A stretch of 44,860 nt of DNA, counting the filler, from Jimgerdemannia flammicorona (taxonomy: Eukaryota): NCBI GenBank assembly GCA_003990765.1. It is 2 parts of 2 records of this genome, joined end to end, with 100 filler letters (N's around TTAATTAATTAA, not from the genome) between each part and the next. Parts side by side here need not be neighbours in the genome. Positions count along the whole stretch, not along the records: positions 1 to 22,380 come from RBNJ01001290.1; 1 more part is not named here. One strand, 5' to 3'. Both the position numbers and the translations under genes were made by a program. Positions 1 to 12,632 of this stretch are shown here, piece after piece (the stretch's first letter is position 1; every line of letters begins with the position of its first letter). The notes under the pieces were generated by a model. The model did no database searches. It worked only from the letters and a program-made list of their open reading frames with translations, and was not told the origin of the DNA.

Positions 1-1330
1 CCTCCCCCCCTTCCCCCTCCCCCTTCCCCTTCTCCCAACTGGATAGCATGCATCTCCGCCACTTTCATGCATCGAACGCTGTCCGTGCGTCAATATCTGC
101 CATTTAGGAATAGGGTCTGGATGGGTGCGGTTTTCGCCTGGTACGTATCCCCTATCTCAGTTTATCGTTATATTTGGTTTCAATACAGTTTAAAATTTCT
201 CACACGCTCCTGAAACATATCCCCTGTTCTATCTGACTATCTTCTCAAGCATTGCACTCCAGCTCGTTTTTTGCGCGCTCTCCCTGTTCTCAGGTCCCCA
301 CTCCTTTGAATCGTTACCCTGGTACGTGTATGTTTTAGGCTTCGTATGGCCCGTGATCTTCTTGCCCGTACAAGAATTGGTCAAGATGCACGATAATAAG
401 GAGTACACGCGATTCCAGAAGAGGAGCAAGTTGGAATTTAATACCAAGTTGGGAATGCATTCGCCGTTGTAAAGAGGACAGTGCTCGTAGTAGTAGTACA
501 TGCAGTCGACATCAGCTTTCATTGGTTTTGGGTTTGGTGACATAGACCTGGATGGGAATGAGGCGTTTTTTTTTTTTTTTTTTTTTTTTCGCGGGTACTG
601 ATGAAATTTGAGGAACAGCCAAGCGCTGACACCAAATCAATAGAAATTATCGACTTGTCCAAAATACTGAAAGTGTGGGCTTGGCATTTTAATAAAGCCA
701 GATGGCCAGGTTTAATAAAAAGAAGGCGTATGTATAATGGCTGAAACATAATTTGGGCACCAGTAAAAACGATGGAAAGGCAAGCAGCTACCTGCAACAA
801 TAAATGAAATTATAAGTAAATGAAAGGGTGGAGAATCAGCTTATTGTATTGGTGCTCAGTAGGAGGCGCATCACTTCATCACCTATGTGTATTAGCTAAT
901 CGGCACGTTTTATCCGGTCAGACCGGGTTAGAGATCGACCGAAGTCATAGATGGACGGCCGATCCATCCGTAACTTGAGCATTGGCATTTCGGAGGTTAC
1001 CTTGATGACAATCCCTACCGTTTTCACTGTATTATAGGAGGACAATCGTATAGTGGACGCCAATTGGACCCACTATTAATGGCAGATATTTGGGATTTCT
1101 TCAAGAGGACAAGGCGGTCAAGAATACTAATTCGCTTGATTGGGGATTCGAAACGCGGGGGAGGCGGGGTTGGTATTTGCCAGCTCGTGATATGACGCTA
1201 TGGCGGAGAAGACTAGCGGAAAGCTTGGGCTGGTCATGAAACGCATCATGCGGGGTGGGGCTAGGGCGGGCTGGCTGGCTGGTTGGCTGGCTGGGACATA
1301 TGAACGTTGATTTCGTCAGCAAATGTACAG

Positions 1331-1391
1331 AGGTTGTGTATACATGAACACGACGGGGTTAGGTTGTGTATACATGAACATGACGGGGTTA
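1331..1391. repeat. Tandem 30-bp duplication
   Basis: aggttgtgtatacatgaacaYgacggggtt x2 with one mismatch. Confidence 0.9.
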
Positions 1392-2177
1392 CACTCAGCA
1401 GGTTACAGGATCAGAATTCAGCATTGCCCCGTCCTGCCATCATCTGTTTCATGTGTTTTTGTCGTTGCGGCCCAACAACTCGAGCACGGAAATAATGCCA
1501 AGCGACCAAGCGGTATTGCAAAGCAATGAGAGTTTTGCACAGACCACGGTTTCAGTTTCGCTGGCAATGTTTTTTCCTGCGCATGGACGGAGATGGGGTC
1601 TTCCGATCAGGGAAAGTTGTCTCAGTGGTTCGACCAGAATAACACGCCATATTGTAATGCACGTGGCGCTTGGGACACGGTAATGCGTGCTGAAATTCTA
1701 AACATGGCCATCCCGCGGACCAGATGATGGTACACCAAATTCTTGTTCATTTATCTAATTGACATTTTCGCGAAACCCCATTTACCGTGACCCTTGATGA
1801 AGCTTAGCGCCCGTGGGTCTGACCATGACGTGTTCGGACAGAGGCCACTGTCGCGTGAGCTTTGCTTTTGGGATATCTGTGTCGATCAGGGATCGAAGGG
1901 TCCCTGCCACGCGGCTAATCCGGCAAGGTGCGTCGCCGAACTGTGAAAACTAGGGGGCGAGATCAAGAATATAAGAATGAAACTGATCACCAGACCCACT
2001 TGCGAAACATAAACAAGCTCGAAGGCATTGCTTGTGAAAACACAAAAAGATTAAACTTTTTGCACGAGCAGGCGTAGCAGAGATTCACACGGGCCGTAGT
2101 GGAATATATATAATATATATCAGATCACCCAACAATCGAACCTCCAAAATTCAATTACAACAATACGCACACTAATC

Positions 2178-3669
2178 ATGGGCAACACGCCATCCTCTCG
2201 CCTTCCAAAGAAAACAATGGCCCGAGCCCTTCATCACAATCAACGCAAACCCCATACCAAACACGAATACGAGATCGAGTGCGGCAAGGATTCAACCTAC
2301 AAACCAAACAACGTTTTGCCGCTCGAACCGTCGTCGCATGGCGGTAAAAAACGGTACTCCCTCCTGCGCCTCCACCCATCGTCGCTTAGACCGTCGTTGA
2401 GTGTCACTTCGAGTACTGGCAGCAATCAATCCTCCACGTGCCCGTCCACGCCGTCGTGGTCGGGAGAGGATCCACATTTCCTCTGGCTGCAGCAGAGGAG
2501 GTTTTTGGCGAGTCCGGACTCGAATTTCTCTTACTCGCTTCCGGTTGATGACGAGGAGATTGATAGAACAATCGTTGAGGTATTTTTCCCCTCCCCCTCT
2601 TCTCTTCCCATTCTCTCTTGTTATTTTCAAAAAAAAAAAAAACCCCCCCGACGCACTTCCTCACACTACCGTTTCCTTACCGTAGCACTTCCTTCTTAAA
2701 TCCGCCTTCTCCGGTAATTACGCTGCCCCAGTCGACCACCTCCTTTCCCCCCCTCCCTTTACGCGCCCTTGCACCTACCACCCGCACGTCTTGGACGTTG
2801 GATGTGGGTCCGCCGGCGTGTGGCTGATGGAGACGGCGACGGACCACCCGCAAGCTAAATGCTACGGCGTCGACATTGTCGCGAGCTTCCCGACGACTAA
2901 GCCGCCCAATGTACATTTCCACACGTGCAATGTCGTCGATGGCCTGCCGTTCGAGGACGCCACGTTCGATTTCGTCCACATGCGTCTCATGTGGTTCAGC
3001 TTTGCAGCCGACCAATGGAATGATGTGCTGAAGGAATTGAATAGGGTGCTTAAGCCGGGCGGGTATTTGGAACTAATGGATCCGCATCCGGTGATCTATG
3101 ACGCGGGGCCGTTAACGGATACGTTGATCAATCATCAACGTGAGTAGTTTTCTATTCGTCTCGTATCTTTGGAAGAACCATAAACTCACGCAACCATTTC
3201 CACTTCCCAACGATCATCAGTACCGCACGCCCTCCAATCCCGCAACATCGACCCCATTCCCGCGGACAGCTACGCCGACGTCCTTTCCGAAACCCTGGGC
3301 CTTTCAGACGTGCGTCAGCACTACCTTTCGATGCCGCACGGTTGGGGCGGCGAGATTGGGCGCCTGAACCTCAACGACTTGGTCTCGATCATGATGGGAT
3401 TCAAGCCGTGGCTCTGCACCGGGCTCAGCATGACCAGCGAGGAGTACGACGAGCAGCTACACGCAATTGAGAAGGAATGCATCGAGCACGAAAGCTTTTG
3501 CAATTGGTACGTCGCGTACGGAATGAAACCCATTGCAGGGGAGGACGCGACGGTCGTCACCGCGGTGGTGGTACCTGACGCAGGGGTGATGGTGCAGGAA
3601 TGGGAGGATGAGAAGGGTGAAGCGTTGTGGGAGAGGTGGCAACCGTATGTCGATGGGTTTGTGGAGTAA
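2178..3669 (+). CDS. Class I SAM-dependent methyltransferase, LaeA/Methyltransf_25-like; exons 2178-2579, 2686-3139, 3221-3669 (~434 aa)
   Basis: GT..AG introns join three ORF-track frames into one open frame: YSLPVDDEEIDRTIVE|HFLLKSAFSGNYAAPV, SAM motif VLDVGCGSAGVW, LPFEDATFDFVHMR, RVLKPGGYLEL, MPHGWGG. These motifs are typical of fungal LaeA-like methyltransferases. Confidence 0.9.
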
Positions 3670-4739
3670 ATGAGGAGACCGTCCCTGAATTGTGAACATC
3701 TGGGCTCGTTGGGCCCATTATGCTTTGGGAATGGCCTCCCCCCCTCCTCTTCTTTTATTATTATTATTATGCTGCATAGAGACACTAGACAGAACGTGCC
3801 TTGTCGGCGACAAAACGAGCACAACGCGGCACGTTCATTAATGTACCATGTTTTTCGTGGTTTATGTAAATATATAATTCATATGTAGCCTTCGTAGTAG
3901 ACCGACTTATGCCACCATCGGTAAAAAAAAAAAAAAATCTCCTTAATATGGACATGGAATAAAATAAAAAGTCACACGTAAAATTTGAGCGAGGAGACTT
4001 GATTAAGCGGCGATAGCAAAGCCTGTGTAGCACATGCGACAAATTCAATCCGGATCGATAAATACACCCGCAATATCGGCCCGGGATGATGCGCAGATGC
4101 CGTCAAGGGAGCACGCGACGACGATCGATCCGTGAGATATGTAATGGACGAACACGAGCTCCGACCGTATGATCTCGGCGATTCTGTGAGACAAGCCACG
4201 CGATCTCGGGATGCACGGTGGTGGTCTCGAATGTTTCCATATCGAGCAGGAAATGATATCATTGCACTTTGTTTTAGATAACGAAATATATTTTTATAAA
4301 CAAGAGGCACTGAAAAGCTGTTCGGCCTTTGTGGTATATTATACACAAAGGATATCATGCGCGCATGAAGGGTGGGACAAAGGGCTCGAGGAGAAAGAAG
4401 ATATTACAAGTAATTGGGAATTTTACAAATAATGAAAGCAGCGCGCACAACGTATTTGGGAGATTAATTCCCATTTCCGCACATGCGGAAGGGAATGAAA
4501 AGAAAAAAAGAGGGAAGGGGGGAGGGAGGAAATATAAAACAAGAAATCGGGTTCACAAGCTAAAATTGTCAGACCTTCAAATGATGAACGCATGAGAGAA
4601 ATAAAATAGTAAAGAATGTTTCTGGCGTGAGGAACTTGCGCATCACAAAACCGGTTCATGGACGGGAGATCAAGAACACGTCACGTCCGCGCGCTCACGC
4701 ACCAAGGCTGACAACAATACTCGCGAGCCCGAGTCACCG

Positions 4740-5825
4740 TCACAAGATCTTGCACAGCTTGCGCCGTAGCCGCGTGATGCCGCCAGACATGGCGGCCTTG
4801 GTTGCGGCGGTGATGACTTCGTCGACGCCGATATTGGATTTGGCGCTGCACTCGTGGTAGTGGGCACCGATGTCGCGTGCGAGGGATTCGCCCTGGTGGA
4901 GGTGGAATGGAAAGGGATTAGTGATGAGGGTGGGAGTTGAAAGCGATGATAGAAATGTGTTTATTTTTATTTTTTTAAAAAGAATTGTCTGGCCGCAGAA
5001 GTCGAAATTTACCTCCTCATAGGTGATTAACTGATGGCCCATCGCGTTCAAGTGAGCAATGCGCTCAGCATTGTCACGGAGGTCGATCTTCATACCCACG
5101 AGGATCTTGGGAACCGTTTCGCAAAAGTGCGTCACCTCAGGCAGCCACTGTAGAAGTGAGTGAAGCAAGTTAGAAATCGCATTCCACGGACGAGCGACGT
5201 TTCTCCCTCGCTTCGACCTTGTCAAGTTTGCTATTTCTACGGAGAAATGAGTAAGCAAACAAACAAAAGAACACACCCTATCCTGCACGTTTGAGAACGA
5301 CGTCCGTTGGTCGATAGCGAAGCATATCAGGATGACGTCGGTTTCAGGGTAGGACAAGGGCCGGAGACGGTCGTAGTCCTCCTGACCAGCTGTGTCCCAC
5401 AATGCGAGCTCGACGGTCTTGCCATTTTCGAGCTTGACGTTCGCAATGTAGTTTTCGAAGACAGTTGGGACATAGCGCTATGTGGTGGGATTGGAGACGG
5501 TAGGGTGTGAGAATAGGCCATGTAAAACTTTACAGATGCATTTAGGAGTGGCGGGGTTGTCGGAGTTGTTGGGGGGACTGTGTGTGTGTGTGTGGGGGTT
5601 ATCTCGACAGGTTACCTCTGGGAAAGAGCCGTTCTGGTAAACGACTAGTAGACTTGTCTTGCCGCACCCGCCGTCACCAACGACAACCAGTTTCTTTCGG
5701 ATTTCCTGTTTCACGCGAGGTTATGGGTGATATATAATCAGTGAGATGTATCGGAGCATACTGATGCAGGGGTTTAGGGACAAATCAATGCGATGTATGA
5801 AGGAGAGACGACTCACTCTGGGCAT
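4740..5825 (-). CDS. RHO4: Rho-family small GTPase, Rho4-like; exons 5825-5817, 5705-5616, 5477-5277, 5147-5013, 4892-4740 (~195 aa)
   Basis: Spliced protein [23 protein letters not shown]...[13 protein letters not shown]...[25 protein letters not shown]...ECSAK...RRKLCKIL. G1/G3/G5 boxes, Rho effector loop and CaaX are present, and all introns are GT..AG phase 0. Rho family is certain; the Rho4 subfamily call rests on recalled similarity ([16 protein letters not shown]). Confidence 0.92.
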
Positions 5826-6442
5826 TATTGTTATTGCTGAAAGGGGGGGGGGGGTATGTTTGTATAAACAGTTGGGAGAACAAGGAAAGAGAGGGAGTTG
5901 CAGAGAAGCGTCCAGGTTATGAGGCAAGAAAGAAACGGGTGGGCGGTTTTCATGACTGCCTGATGACTTGCGGTCTTGGCCGTGTATGGCAGGCCGTACT
6001 CGACCTTACGTCACCTTGCCTAACCAAGCCAAATGAGATACGGGCGACGTCAGACAACATCAGCCCCCCCGAAATCAAAATAGTGTACCCAACCCCCAAT
6101 GTCATCACTTTAGCTCATGGACCCGTGTTGTTTCACTTGACCTCCTCGCGCCCATTCCTAATTCCTGGACCTCATCTGACAGACCGAAAGAACGCCACAT
6201 CCATAGCCACCAACCCCGCACACCCACTCCACCTCTCGCATGTGGTCAAACAGAGCCTACGACGCTCTACACTGCGCCACCCTGCCATCACGCCATGCAC
6301 ATACTCGCCATAATTTATTCAACACGCCAGCGAACCGTACAGCAAAGAGGCCACATTTGAATTACTATTACAACCCACATAGCACTGGAGAGGGAGCTGC
6401 AACCATTTTTTACACACACACTACTATTTCATAATCACCATC
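5826..6442. promoter_or_regulatory. Putative bidirectional promoter between divergent RHO4-like and CUE2-like genes
   Basis: 617 bp separate the two head-to-head start codons; no specific site identified. Confidence 0.4.
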
Positions 6443-9371
6443 ATGGCTAGCCGTATTCAAGATAATTACATGAAAGGCCGAAAGAAGAAGGTCGCTGAAG
6501 AGAGGGAGCAGGATTTGGCTAGACTCAAGGTACGGTACAATAAATCGATAGAGCATTCTATTCCCAAAGGTGATTGGAACATCGATGGGATAACAAACAT
6601 TGATAATTTGCGATCGTCATAAAAATTACGCCAAAAATTTACATCTCCCGCACACCAAAACCCGTCATATTCTTACTCCGCTCAATGACGTACCCACTTC
6701 TAGTCTTTCTTCTCTTCGACTCTAGACACGGCCTTGATCATCGATATATGGAACGACTCACACAACTACTCTAAGAGCTTCGGTACCCTGTCCACACTGG
6801 CCAAGGAGGCTGATGTGCTTACTTCCGAGGAGCAGAACGCGCGCGGAGGACAGACGCCCGAGCTGCCCGAGCCGCCTGAGCCGCCCGAGCTGCCCGAGCC
6901 GCCTGAGCCGCCCGAGCCGCCCGAGCCAATCGTAGCCGATCTGAGACCGGTGAAGGACATGACGTTCGGTGGGGCACCGGATGGTGGGGGTGGCGGGAGC
7001 GGAGAGAAGCAGGCGGGCAAAAGGAAGAAAAAGAAGGGCAAGGGGGAAAAGAAAAGCGAGGTGGCGGAACATGATGTGCTCAATATTCCCGGCCGCTTCC
7101 CATCGTCTCCCCAGGACGAGCTCACCACCAATTCCTCTCCCTCAGCTGACGACAACATAGTCCCCTCCACCACGCTTGACTTTCTCTGCAAATGCTTCCC
7201 CGCGCAATCGCCAGACGAACTTCACGTCTTTTTCGACAAAAATTCTGGCGACCTTGGGCAGACCATTGATGCCATCCTTAACGCTATCTATCTGGAATCC
7301 GAGTCTCTCGACGCGGAGGAGTCAGCCTCTGTTTCTTCGTCGTCATCTTCCGCATCCTCAGCCGCTCAGGAGGATGCCGAGTCCAACTCCACCACCTCTT
7401 GGGAGGAAGGCTACGGCGAGGAGACCGGCTACTGGGACACGACCATCACGACGGAGCAATGGCAGGCCGTGTACGGCGAGGAAATGGACGACGACGTCGC
7501 GGGCGACACCGACGCTATCATGAGCAACAAGGCCCGGCGGATGCAGGAGCGGCTCCGCAAGCAGCAAGCCACCCTTGAGAAGAAGAGCACTCTCCTGTTC
7601 GAGACCGAGGGCCATCCGAGCTATTACAACCGCGACGCACAGACCTCGGGATTGTCGTCTGACCTCTCACCCCCACAGTCGAACCAGTGGCACCAGTACA
7701 GCACGCAAATCGACTCCATCGCCGCCGTGTTCCCGTCCCTCCCTCGTACGACCGTCGTCACCGCCGTGCATCGCCATCGCGGCGACACGGTTGAGGCCGT
7801 GGACCAGCTAATGCGCGAGACAGGCACGGAGCCCGCGCGCGCGCTACACGACTGGCGAGAACTTAAAAAGTTCGACGGTGTGTTAGGGGACCTGGTTTCG
7901 TGCTTCCCTGAGCATGATGTCGACGCACTCCAGCGCGTGCTCGTCGGGGTCACGATCCAGGCGGGGGTCGAGGGATGGGACAGGGACAGGATCCCTCCGG
8001 CGGCAGCCGATGTCATACTGAAGAGGGATCATGCGACGGAGATCGAGGAGAAGGAGACGAGTACACCTTTCTTGCCGCCGGCGCTGGCATTCGACCATGC
8101 GACGGGTGAGTTTGTGAGGTCTAAGAAGGCGGTGGCGGCGGCGGCTACGGCGGCGGCTACGGCGGCTACGGCTTGGGGAAGGCCTGCGGCGGCGGCGACG
8201 GCTCGGGGAAGGCCTGCGGCGGCGGCGACGGCTCGGAGAAGGCCTGCGTCGTCGCCCAATGTACAGTGGCCCGGAAAAGGGAAGGCGGTCGTGGCGGCGC
8301 GGAAGGAGCATGCGCATGATGATCCGGTGTATTGCCGCAATATGGCGGCGGATTATGTAAAGCAGCGAAATGAGGCATTTCAGAAGGCGGCGGCGGCGTT
8401 CCAGAAGGCGAAGGGGAAGGGGCCGGCGGAGGGGGGAATCTCAATGTATTATTCGCAACAAGTAAGTGACGGAGTGGACGGATTTGTTGATATTGCGGGT
8501 GAGGGAAGGAGATTGTGCGTGGCTGAGAAGGTGGTGGAAATCTTAATAACCATGGGATGTGAAATGTCCGTCGGTCCTGAAACACGTATTCGCCAAAACC
8601 AATTGATCGGTTATATTGTAGTGTGGAGGAGGATGTAAAAAAAATTGAATTCGGGTGGATGACCACGAGATATTGGACGTGTTAAGACAGAGAATTGGTA
8701 TGCTGGAGCGATTAACCCCTCCTCATCAACAATGCGTATTGCAGGGTCACGAATTTGACGCCAAGGTCAAGGAGTGGAACATGCGCGCTGCGAGGGCATT
8801 GGTGGATAAGCATCGGTGCGTATGCGGTTTTTGGTTGCTTTTCTGCGTTCTGCGGGTTCATCAGTCTCTAGTATCATTATTATTTACCATCATTACCTCG
8901 TTCCATATTGACCTTAATCCCTCATCTCCAGCGTGAACGCCAACAACGACCATCTCATTGACCTACATGGGGTGACCGTCAACGAGGCCATCACGATTGT
9001 TCGTGAGGGCGTGACGCAGTGGTGGGCGAGGTCGACGACGCGGGCTGGTGAGTTGCGCTTATGATTAATATGAGTATTATCTGGGTATTTTGCAACGCGG
9101 TGGTGCTGGGCTAGTGGACGGAACTATCAGTGACAAGCGCATTGCACCCTTTTTACCCCGTTTCTCTTTCTTCAACAACTCCACTTTGATCGACACAGCC
9201 CACACGGCTCTGCGCCCACTCCAGATCGTCACAGGCGTGGGCAAGCATTCTCCACAGGGCATGTCGCGGCTGTATCCTGCCGTGACCAAGTGGCTGACGC
9301 AGGAAGGGTGGAGTTTTGACGGGAACAAGGGGGCGATTATGGTGAGAGGATTGGCGGAAAAGAAGAGATGA
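6443..9371 (+). CDS. CUE2: CUE-domain/DUF1771/Smr endonuclease (Cue2/N4BP2/NONU-1-like); exons 6443-6529, 6704-8461, 8745-8815, 8932-9047, 9199-9371 (~734 aa)
   Basis: Several CUE-like motifs (LDTALIIDI, FLCKCFP...DLGQTIDAIL, AVFPSLPRTTV...AVDQL, VSCFPEHD), a DUF1771-like helix (RNEAFQKAAAAF...YYSQQ|GHEFD...WNMRAA) and Smr motifs IDLHGVTVNEA and IVTGVGKHS. Splice phases are consistent through to TGA at 9369-9371. Confidence 0.85.
6857..6927 (+). repeat. Coding minisatellite (PEL/PEP repeats) in the CUE2-like gene
   Basis: 9-nt units such as cccgagctg/cccgagccg/cctgagccg encode PELPEPPEPPELPEPPEPPEPPEP. Confidence 0.85.
8128..8250 (+). repeat. Coding Ala-rich repeat with 30-nt units (ARGRPAAAAT)
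   Basis: gct(t/c)gg(g/a)gaaggcctgcggcggcggcgacg x~2.7, preceded by GCG/GCT-rich triplets. Confidence 0.85.
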
Positions 9372-10493
9372 GGCGGGGTGTGGTTCCGGGATCTGAATGG
9401 AGAAGTGGAATGAATGTTGGGACATGACTTTGAATGTGGATAAAGTTTTGGACGCCCACTCGCATTATATGTACATATTTTGTCGGAACCTTCTATTTAA
9501 CTTTTCTTACATGTCATCTGCGCTCTAACATGTAAAGTCGAAGGTCAGCGCTGAGCCGGTCACGGAACCGGATATCATAAACCGTCAACAGTCAAACACA
9601 CCCATTTTTTCTCTTTCTCTCACAGGCCGCACCCACCGAAATTCACTTCACCGAGTGGTGTATTCGCCCCATGTTTTATGTCAATGCTTAATTTTCATCT
9701 CGTAACCGGTCTGAGGTTGAAGACCGCGCGTTTTATCCATTTAAGGTTGACGTCAGAAGTCTTGATGTGGGGCTGTCACACTAACAAGGTGCTTGCCTGT
9801 TCAGCACTAGTAAATCGATATGCAGTGAAATGGTTATTGGGCCGTGTTTAGACCTAAAAATGTTGATTAAAGTAGTCTCGCTTGTATGCATGTACGCGAC
9901 TGTACATCAGCTCGGATTAAGAGGACTGGAATGGACATGTATGCGCACATGTGTGGAGGAAGGATAAGCGCCGGTAATGGAAAATTCGGCAGGTTTTGGT
10001 TTAAACTTTTCCGGGCGATCCATTGTCGCCGTATGGCGCCAAACATCACCTTTCCTCTCCTGGATGAAGTCCGCATCTCCGGCCTTAGCTCGGGATGATG
10101 CGTACCTAATTTATTTGACCCTGACGCCCTGACGGCCGTTCTTATCGAACTTAGCTCCACTCGTCATGCACGCCAGATTGAATCGGTCCATTTGTTGCCG
10201 TCGAGATCTGGGGTGATAAACGGGAGGGGGTGATGCGTGCTTGAGGTAATGTGTACAATATCATGCATGTCGATGAACGATCCCATTTGGAGCAAAAGAT
10301 AGTGCCAGGATTACCTGACGTACACGCTGATGATTGGATCTATGTGGTCCTTCTCCACTATTAAAATAAATACATAAATAACATTTGAACAAAGGATAGA
10401 TGCTGAGTGAGTGCTCGGCTTAATGTTAAACACACCCGCCACATATGACCATGAGTATATTGTTATGTGCTCAATTGTCTGAAAGCTTAGAGT

Positions 10494-10894
10494 TATAATA
10501 ATATATATATATTTAATATTTTGAATGGGTGGTACTTACCAATTAATATATTATTTTAATTTTTTAGTCTTGGTAATGACGAAATAGAAATAATAGATAA
10601 TAATAAATAATAAAATAATAACAAACAAGATAATAAATTGATAAGTAATAATAGATGATAATTAACTGTAAATATATTAATTAAATATTATTTGAATTTT
10701 ATTTATTTATCTTATTATTATTATATTTTATATTATTATAGGAGTTGTAGTTTTAAATAAATCAACTTATTCTGATTTGATTTGATTTATTGAGAGTGAA
10801 TAGTTTTCAGTATACATTTATTAGAATATTTTATATAGCGTTTAAATTAGTATCATAGGATTAAAATATTATATATATTTAGCTAAAGATTATC

Positions 10895-10925
<31 letters not shown>

Positions 10926-10930
10926 TTAAA
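10494..10930. other. Extremely AT-rich block bounded by (TA)n runs
   Basis: Abrupt composition change; (TA)n at about 10500-10512 and 10900-10925. Lies immediately upstream of the BTB-SPRY array. Confidence 0.7.
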
Positions 10931-11100
10931 AAAGACTATGCAGATATATGGAATAGAATTACAAACGAACGATTGCTCTTACCATTGAATGGAGCTCGTT
11001 CAGGTTTTGGGTGGCCCTCTGTAGAAGCAGGAAGAGAGTAACATGTCACAAGTCGCTGCGCCACACTTCATCTTGTCTAGGAATATCGTCAAAACTAAAC

Positions 11101-12632
11101 ATGGTCGTGCAATCCGACAGTGGTCTTAGCCTCAAGGACGACATCGCTTCCATTTGGAAAGACAAATCCTACCACGACGTAACCATCGTCTGTGCCGATG
11201 GGGTCGAGCTTGGCGCTTGCCGTGCTGTGTTGGCTGCAAGGTGTGTTTGATCGTTTCTTTATGTGTTTCATAGTTTTTATGGATTTATCTCATATCAATT
11301 TATGTCCTGTGGTTCCAAAGGTGTCCCGTATTCAAGGCAATGCTGTACGGAAATATGCAAGAGAGTGTCTCCCAGCGCATCGTCCTCCATGACATCAACT
11401 CTTCAGCGCTCACTGTCGTTCTCGGCTTCATCTACACCGAATCGATCGACGACACCAGCACCACCATCGCAGTAGATATCTACCGTGCAGCGAGCTTCCT
11501 TCTCCTCCCAAAGCTCATGACAATGGTTTTGGAGAGCACCCAAGACATTTCCGACTTTGGCGTCTCTTCGTCTCTCCTCAACGGGGCCGCCGCCTCCATC
11601 CCTTGGAGTGAGGCCAGCAAGGACCTCTATACTGTGCTCCTCAAGCCCTTCTACGCTTGCAAGCTCGAAATAGGAGAGTTGACAGACCTCTCTAAAGAGG
11701 CCATCGAGCTGCTCTTCACTGCATCCTACGCGACTCCCTTCGTCACTTCCGAATACGACCTACTTCTGTGTGTCGTCGACTGGGTCTGGGCGAATGCCGA
11801 AGAGCCGGGACCCGACGTTTCTGAGCGTCATGGTGTCTTGCGTGATGTTGCTAGTATGGTTCCTGGATGCGAAGGCAAAATTCGACTGAAAAATGACTCG
11901 TTGCTGAACATGATGAGACATGTGGACCTCAGCCTTGTGTGCCCGCATCGCCTGAAGATCCTCACAGAAGCGGTTGAAGGGTTTGCAGAGACGTCTCCGC
12001 ACTATACGGCCTTTTGTCACCACGCATGTAAGAACACTGTGTGTCCAACGGGACACCCATCCGGGTATCGCGGACGTAAAGATCGTGGACATCAAGATCT
12101 CCAGTGGGATCGATCGAAGGTCGGTTCACACATTGTCGTCTCTGATGATGGCAAGGTCGTGGAGCCTTCTGTCCGGGCGCCGACGACCGTGAGGCAGACG
12201 GCGTGGATATCCGTCCCCGGGACGACGACTCGGGAAGGATTGTGTGAATGGGACATAGTGGTCGAGTCCGTTGGATGGAATAATGGGGATGTGTCCTGTC
12301 CCCTTAGCGAGATCGGGTTGGTGGGTGAAGAATTCACAGGTTTCAATTCCTACATGCAGGGCAAGTCATCGGCTTGGATATTCCAGTCTTATAGGAATGA
12401 TCATCGGAAGGTGGTGACGTTGCAAGATACCCGTGACTATGGCGTTATTCTTCAGAGTGGCGATGTAGTGACTTTGCATCTGGATAAAGACAACCATACT
12501 TGCGCCTTTTCTGTCAATGGCATTAACCACGGGATTGCATGGACCAACCTTCCAGAAAAGGTGTACCCTGCGGTGACTTTGTGCAGTCAATCCAAGTATC
12601 GGATAAAAGATCGTTTCCCCTCCTCTTTGTGA
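11101..12632 (+). CDS. BTB/POZ-(BACK-like)-SPRY/B30.2 protein, copy A; exons 11101-11240, 11321-12632 (~483 aa)
   Basis: BTB motifs YHDVTIVC...ACRAVLAAR|CPVFKAMLYGNMQES...IVLHDI...GFIYT; BACK-like SEYDLLLCVVDWV; SPRY motifs WD..., EWDIVV, IGLV, YGVIL.SGDVVTLHLDK..HTCAFSVNG..HGIAWTNLPEKVYPAV. GT..AG phase-2 intron. Confidence 0.88.

Noticed and set aside
229..800. Minus-strand ORFs 229-543 and 519-800 as a spliced gene
   Set aside because: Possible splice sites exist, but I recognise no domain and could not build a convincing model; left uncalled.
1331..1391. 30-bp repeat as a CRISPR array
   Set aside because: Only two abutting units, no spacers, no cas genes, eukaryotic context.
6758..8666. 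Many overlapping antisense ORFs with Arg/Gly/Ser repeats
   Set aside because: Shadow frames of the GC-rich, repetitive CUE2-like exon.
9600..10240. Coding-like stretch (RRMAPNITFPLLDEVR...DPDALTAVLIELSS) as a gene
   Set aside because: Interrupted by stops with no recognisable family; may be a relic but cannot be supported.
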